Shown: one piece after another, positions 61,301 to 64,000 of the stretch
Position numbering within the stretch: position 1 is the stretch's first letter
Layout of the letters: each line of letters opens with the position of its first letter
Assembly: GCF_000002075.1 (NCBI RefSeq)
Contig: NW_004797554.1
Span: 692,667-756,666, forward strand
Reading direction: 5' to 3'
Length of the DNA: 64,000 nucleotides
From: Aplysia californica
Lineage: Eukaryota
The notes under the pieces: generated by a model
Seen by the model: the letters and a program-made list of their open reading frames with translations, nothing else
The model's database searches: none
Told to the model about the DNA's origin: nothing
Made by a program: the position numbers and the translations under genes

Positions 61301-63815
61301 ACATAGTTTTTCTTTCACCTTACTTATTCTACATGCAAGCTTATGTCCAACTACTGGAGTATCAGGGATAAAGTTAGTGACAAGGGCTCTATGTAGGTAC
61401 CAGAAACTAAATTTTCAAACTAGCTGTATGCCAAATTTATCTGTTTCATTTGAAAGGCCTATACTGAGCATTTTGGTACCATTCTTTAACCTCTCCGTCA
61501 ATTTTAAAGAAAATTGTAGTTGTTTAAAATTTGATCAAATTTGTTAAAGTCAGTCACTAGCTGCAACCCCATGTTTGACAGACAATAAAAAAAGTACCAA
61601 GAGCAGTAAACATCTCCACATTAACAGAGTACAATCACTATAACAAATATATGGAGCCTAATTTTTTTCAAGACTATGAGATCATTACAAATCAGTATTT
61701 TATCGCCTCAAACACGATGATTTGTCGTTATTTCGACAAAAAAACATAGAGCGTTGACCCGGCCGGCGCTGCACCAGCCCCCGCGCGAGAGAGTCGGCTC
61801 TATACTGTAGTGTACCACGGATGCGGGGTCACATGCTTTCTGAATCTCGCGGAAGGATCGATAAAAAATAATTCCAGGTTGATTACTTATTTTAATAGAA
61901 AATAAACTGATCTTTTAAATAATATTTTTTATAAGCCGGTATTTGACATATTTTGTGTAAAAAGTGGTCTTTAAACATTTTGACGGTATTTTTAAAAGCT
62001 TTCTATTTAGACGCCAAAGGCTAAACCTACATCACGGGAAAGCCCGTTTAAAGCTCTACAGTTCTTTGCCAATGAAAAGACGGTATTTAATCATCCCTCG
62101 TTCCGCGAAGCATTTGAATGCACGCGTGTCAATTTTTCCACCGGCCGACCACACATTCCGACCGCGAGGGGCTTCGCTTTCGTCGGCGATTCTCCAGCTC
62201 CTAAAAATCGGACATATAAACAACTTACACCATTGTAACGAGGAAAAGCTGAGCTTTTACAAGGTGTACGGCATTTGGTGTTTTATAGCAAAAGAGCAAA
62301 GAAACAGCGATCATAATTACCCCGATTTCACCGATACCACGCGGTCGGAAGGCCGCGAGTGCCTGCGAGGCCGTGTTTACGCTACCTACTCTATGAATTA
62401 TATTGAACCATACACCCCACTACCAAATCCAATACCCTAGAGCCTGTAGCTCATATAATCATACCCCCACACGGAACGACTTCCGAAACGAGCGACCACC
62501 CCAAGAAACACAATATAATAGTTTAGACTTAACCGTAACCCTGACTCAACCCCTAACCTTAACCCCTACCCCAAATCCTAACCCTACCCCTCTATTCTAC
62601 TGTTTCATAGTGGTTGCGCGTTGCAGAATCCCCTCCCCCCCCCCCCCCCCAACACACACACACAACACACACTGTCTTCAAATGCTGGGAGCAGGAAGGT
62701 CACTGACACAGCATGACATATGTCTATAATAGTTCTATAATAGACCTACAGTTCCAAATGCCATATAGATCTCCCAAGAAATAATTAATATGGGGCATTG
62801 GCCTAGAGAGAACTTTTATCTAAGTCTGTCAGTCTACTTAAGCCTATTGAGAAGCCCACAGACACTGTGACAAAACAAGGTAAAAAAAAAAAAAAGGAAG
62901 AGGCTAGCCGTACTTAATGACGGCTAGATTGGTTGGCGAGCCGTACTTAAGTACAGCTAGACAGCTGGGCTAACCGTACTTATTCTTAAATATGATGGCT
63001 AGACTGACCATGAAAAAAAAAGGTATTTTTTTACTTTCCCTCCCGTCTCACACTCAGCTACCAGTTGTCTATTTTCTACTAAATATTGATGCGCAGAACA
63101 CGAATATCAACTTCATTTCCGTCGCAAATTAATAGTTTTCGAAATATTTGATTGTTTTTAACCGAGATAGACGTGCTTTGGACCAATCGGGGGGTACCAG
63201 GGGGGCCTGCCCCACTGGGGTAAAAGAAAATCTGGGGGGTTACAGGGGGGCATGCCCCCCTGTTTTTACCCATAATTTGATATTTTACAGTTAGATTTGA
63301 AATTGTCTTGAAAATAATTGATTTGCGACAGTTTTAGTGTCTTTATGTGTGATCTGCAGCAAACAGTACTGCAGTTTGACCCCTGAAACAGTGCATCTGT
63401 GTGCGGGAGTGAAAGTAAAAATTTACCCCAAAAAATAGGCCTACTGAATTGTAAATATAAATTTTTAGTTTGCTGTACCTAAAGTATTTGTATTTGAGAC
63501 GAAATCAGGTGCCTTAAAGACAGTGCATGTATTTTAAACCTTCTGTTTTCTAATGTTAATAGGGCCTAAGACCTAAGATAAGTACCGCTAGACAAGCCCA
63601 CTTCGAAAAAGAAACAAGATCTAGATCTAGATCTTTGTAATAATTGATGTGTCTCTATCCATTGCCTTCAATATTCAATCTAATAAAAACGGAAATTTAT
63701 ACAAAATTCGAGCTTCCTAAATCAGTTCAATACCTTTGTGTATGTGCCCAGATGATGCCCGGGCATGATAACGCTTGAAAGTGCGGTTATCGACAACTTT
63801 GACGCTGTCCGCCAT
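50774..63815 (-). CDS. STPG1: STPG1/MAPO2-like protein (O6-methylguanine-induced apoptosis 2; sperm-tail PG-rich SHIPPO repeats), complete, 9 exons, 341 aa
   Basis: Exons 63815-63734, 58250-58129, 56348-56250, 55809-55630, 54104-53990, 53539-53436, 52306-52242, 51399-51209, 50841-50774 total 1026 nt, in phase with GT-AG. Repeated PGPGxY/PAPxxY; SIPTKFQ, DKKGF..AKRF, SKKGTG, SSSAFVSTTGRW, GKQSFIFN..RWI* resemble STPG1 as recalled. Confidence 0.9.
51209..51399 (-). CDS. STPG1: STPG1 exon 8 (RKHYLCISAPAMPLP..PGPGAYEV..FVSTTGRW..MPGP)
   Basis: cgacag / gtcagt. Confidence 0.92.
52242..52306 (-). CDS. STPG1: STPG1 exon 7 (IPGPGAYDPNAPVEQPAKLIFP)
   Basis: ttcctcag / gtaaga. Confidence 0.9.
53436..53539 (-). 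CDS. STPG1: STPG1 exon 6 (GHYEINDD..PFSSFKSTSKRQMQPDADA)
   Basis: atttcag / gtaagc. Confidence 0.9.
53990..54104 (-). CDS. STPG1: STPG1 exon 5 (..NNVTANAAFKSTSKRE..NPAP)
   Basis: taacag / gttagt. Confidence 0.9.
54283..54360 (-). repeat. Short interspersed repeat fragment with (GA)n tail; + copy at 26054-26127
   Basis: Reverse-complement match GAGTTCC..GCATTGCTGACCG..GCCACAGCGCCAGAAGA(GA)n. Confidence 0.65.
54595..55466 (-). mobile_element. Older family-A relative interrupted by copy 5
   Basis: Ends TGTGTCACAATGCAGTGGAATC.. and ..CCATGCCTCACA; TA flanks; the two halves rejoin into the family interior. Confidence 0.8.
54842..55264 (+). mobile_element. MITE family A copy 5, nested in an older relative
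   Basis: Same TIRs; AA flanks. Confidence 0.9.
55630..55809 (-). CDS. STPG1: STPG1 exon 4 (..GPGPGSYALPSLLSTRKDFN..PAPNSYE)
   Basis: ttcttctag / gtttga. Confidence 0.9.
56250..56348 (-). CDS. STPG1: STPG1 exon 3 (TEAPPPGCY..SYSKKGTGSFASK)
   Basis: tttttcag / gtaagt. Confidence 0.9.
56513..56923 (+). mobile_element. Older family-A relative
   Basis: TGTGAG.. to ..GCCTGATTCCACCCGTTGCGACACA; interior similar to family A. Confidence 0.72.
58129..58250 (-). CDS. STPG1: STPG1 exon 2 (GHSIVAANASIPTKFQTIVTDNSDKKGFLARAKRFKEDAFI)
   Basis: tttgcag / gtgagt. Confidence 0.9.
59223..60495 (+). mobile_element. Decayed mariner (DD34D) DNA transposon in STPG1 intron 1
   Basis: Inverted repeats 59238-59287 and 60446-60495 (50 bp, 1 mismatch); left end CGAGGGGC..; broken transposase with WVPCLL, DDTWIHHYNPE, LHDNAPAH, HPPYSPDLA. 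Confidence 0.92.
59410..60430 (+). pseudogene. Mariner transposase pseudogene
   Basis: ATG at 59410 is followed by several stops and frameshifts. After restoring a 1-nt deletion, the third catalytic position lies 34 residues after the HDN Asp and now reads AAC. Confidence 0.88.
62470..62632. mobile_element. Possible Helentron/HINE-like element with (CCCTAA)-like core
   Basis: Inverted repeat AACGAGCGACCAC / GTGGTTGCGCGTT around a degenerate AACCCT array. Confidence 0.4.
63734..63815 (-). CDS. STPG1: STPG1 first coding exon (MADSVKVVDNRTFKRYHARASSGHIHK)
   Basis: aaaattATGG start context, gtattg donor in phase 1 giving HK|GH. A likely acceptor (tcttgtag) 25 nt upstream implies an earlier non-coding exon. 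Confidence 0.75.
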
Positions 63816-64000
63816 AATTTTCGACCAAAATTGTATTTGGCTACAAGAGATGATCAACTGGGGAAGGCCCAGTGCCCAGGACCTATGATAATTATTTCAG
63901 TAACATTTGCTGTCCATATCTGCTCATGTTCGTAGTTATCATAAGTCCGATGGGAGGAATCAAAGAGATGTATTATCGTGTTATCAACTGGGTATCTTCC

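Noticed and set aside
62530-62592. Interstitial telomere
   Set aside because: Short and degenerate, and enclosed by inverted repeats; better explained as part of a mobile element.

Overview
Eukaryotic, intron-rich genomic DNA from an invertebrate animal (possibly a mollusc; taxon not provable from sequence), with four N-gaps. It holds two convergent genes, both reconstructed by hand with continuous reading phase and GT-AG junctions. (1) A FAM135-family gene on + with 22 coding exons (1055-36145, about 1246 aa visible). Its first exons lie upstream of the window; it has a Ser-rich middle and a C-terminal DUF676 lipase-like domain with GHSLG. (2) A complete STPG1/MAPO2-like SHIPPO-repeat gene on - with 9 coding exons (63815-50774, 341 aa). 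Introns contain a decayed DD34D mariner, a young ~430-bp MITE family (TGT..ACA ends, variable 2-bp TSD), two TIR elements with 6-bp TSDs, piggyBac-like and Tc1/pogo-like MITEs, tRNA-derived SINEs, ~60-nt retro-insertions made only of a 3' hairpin, and several minisatellites. I see no evidence of CRISPR arrays or any prokaryotic system, and no clearly new gene system. The most novel-looking signals are in the mobile-element fraction. All family assignments come from remembered motifs, not database searches.
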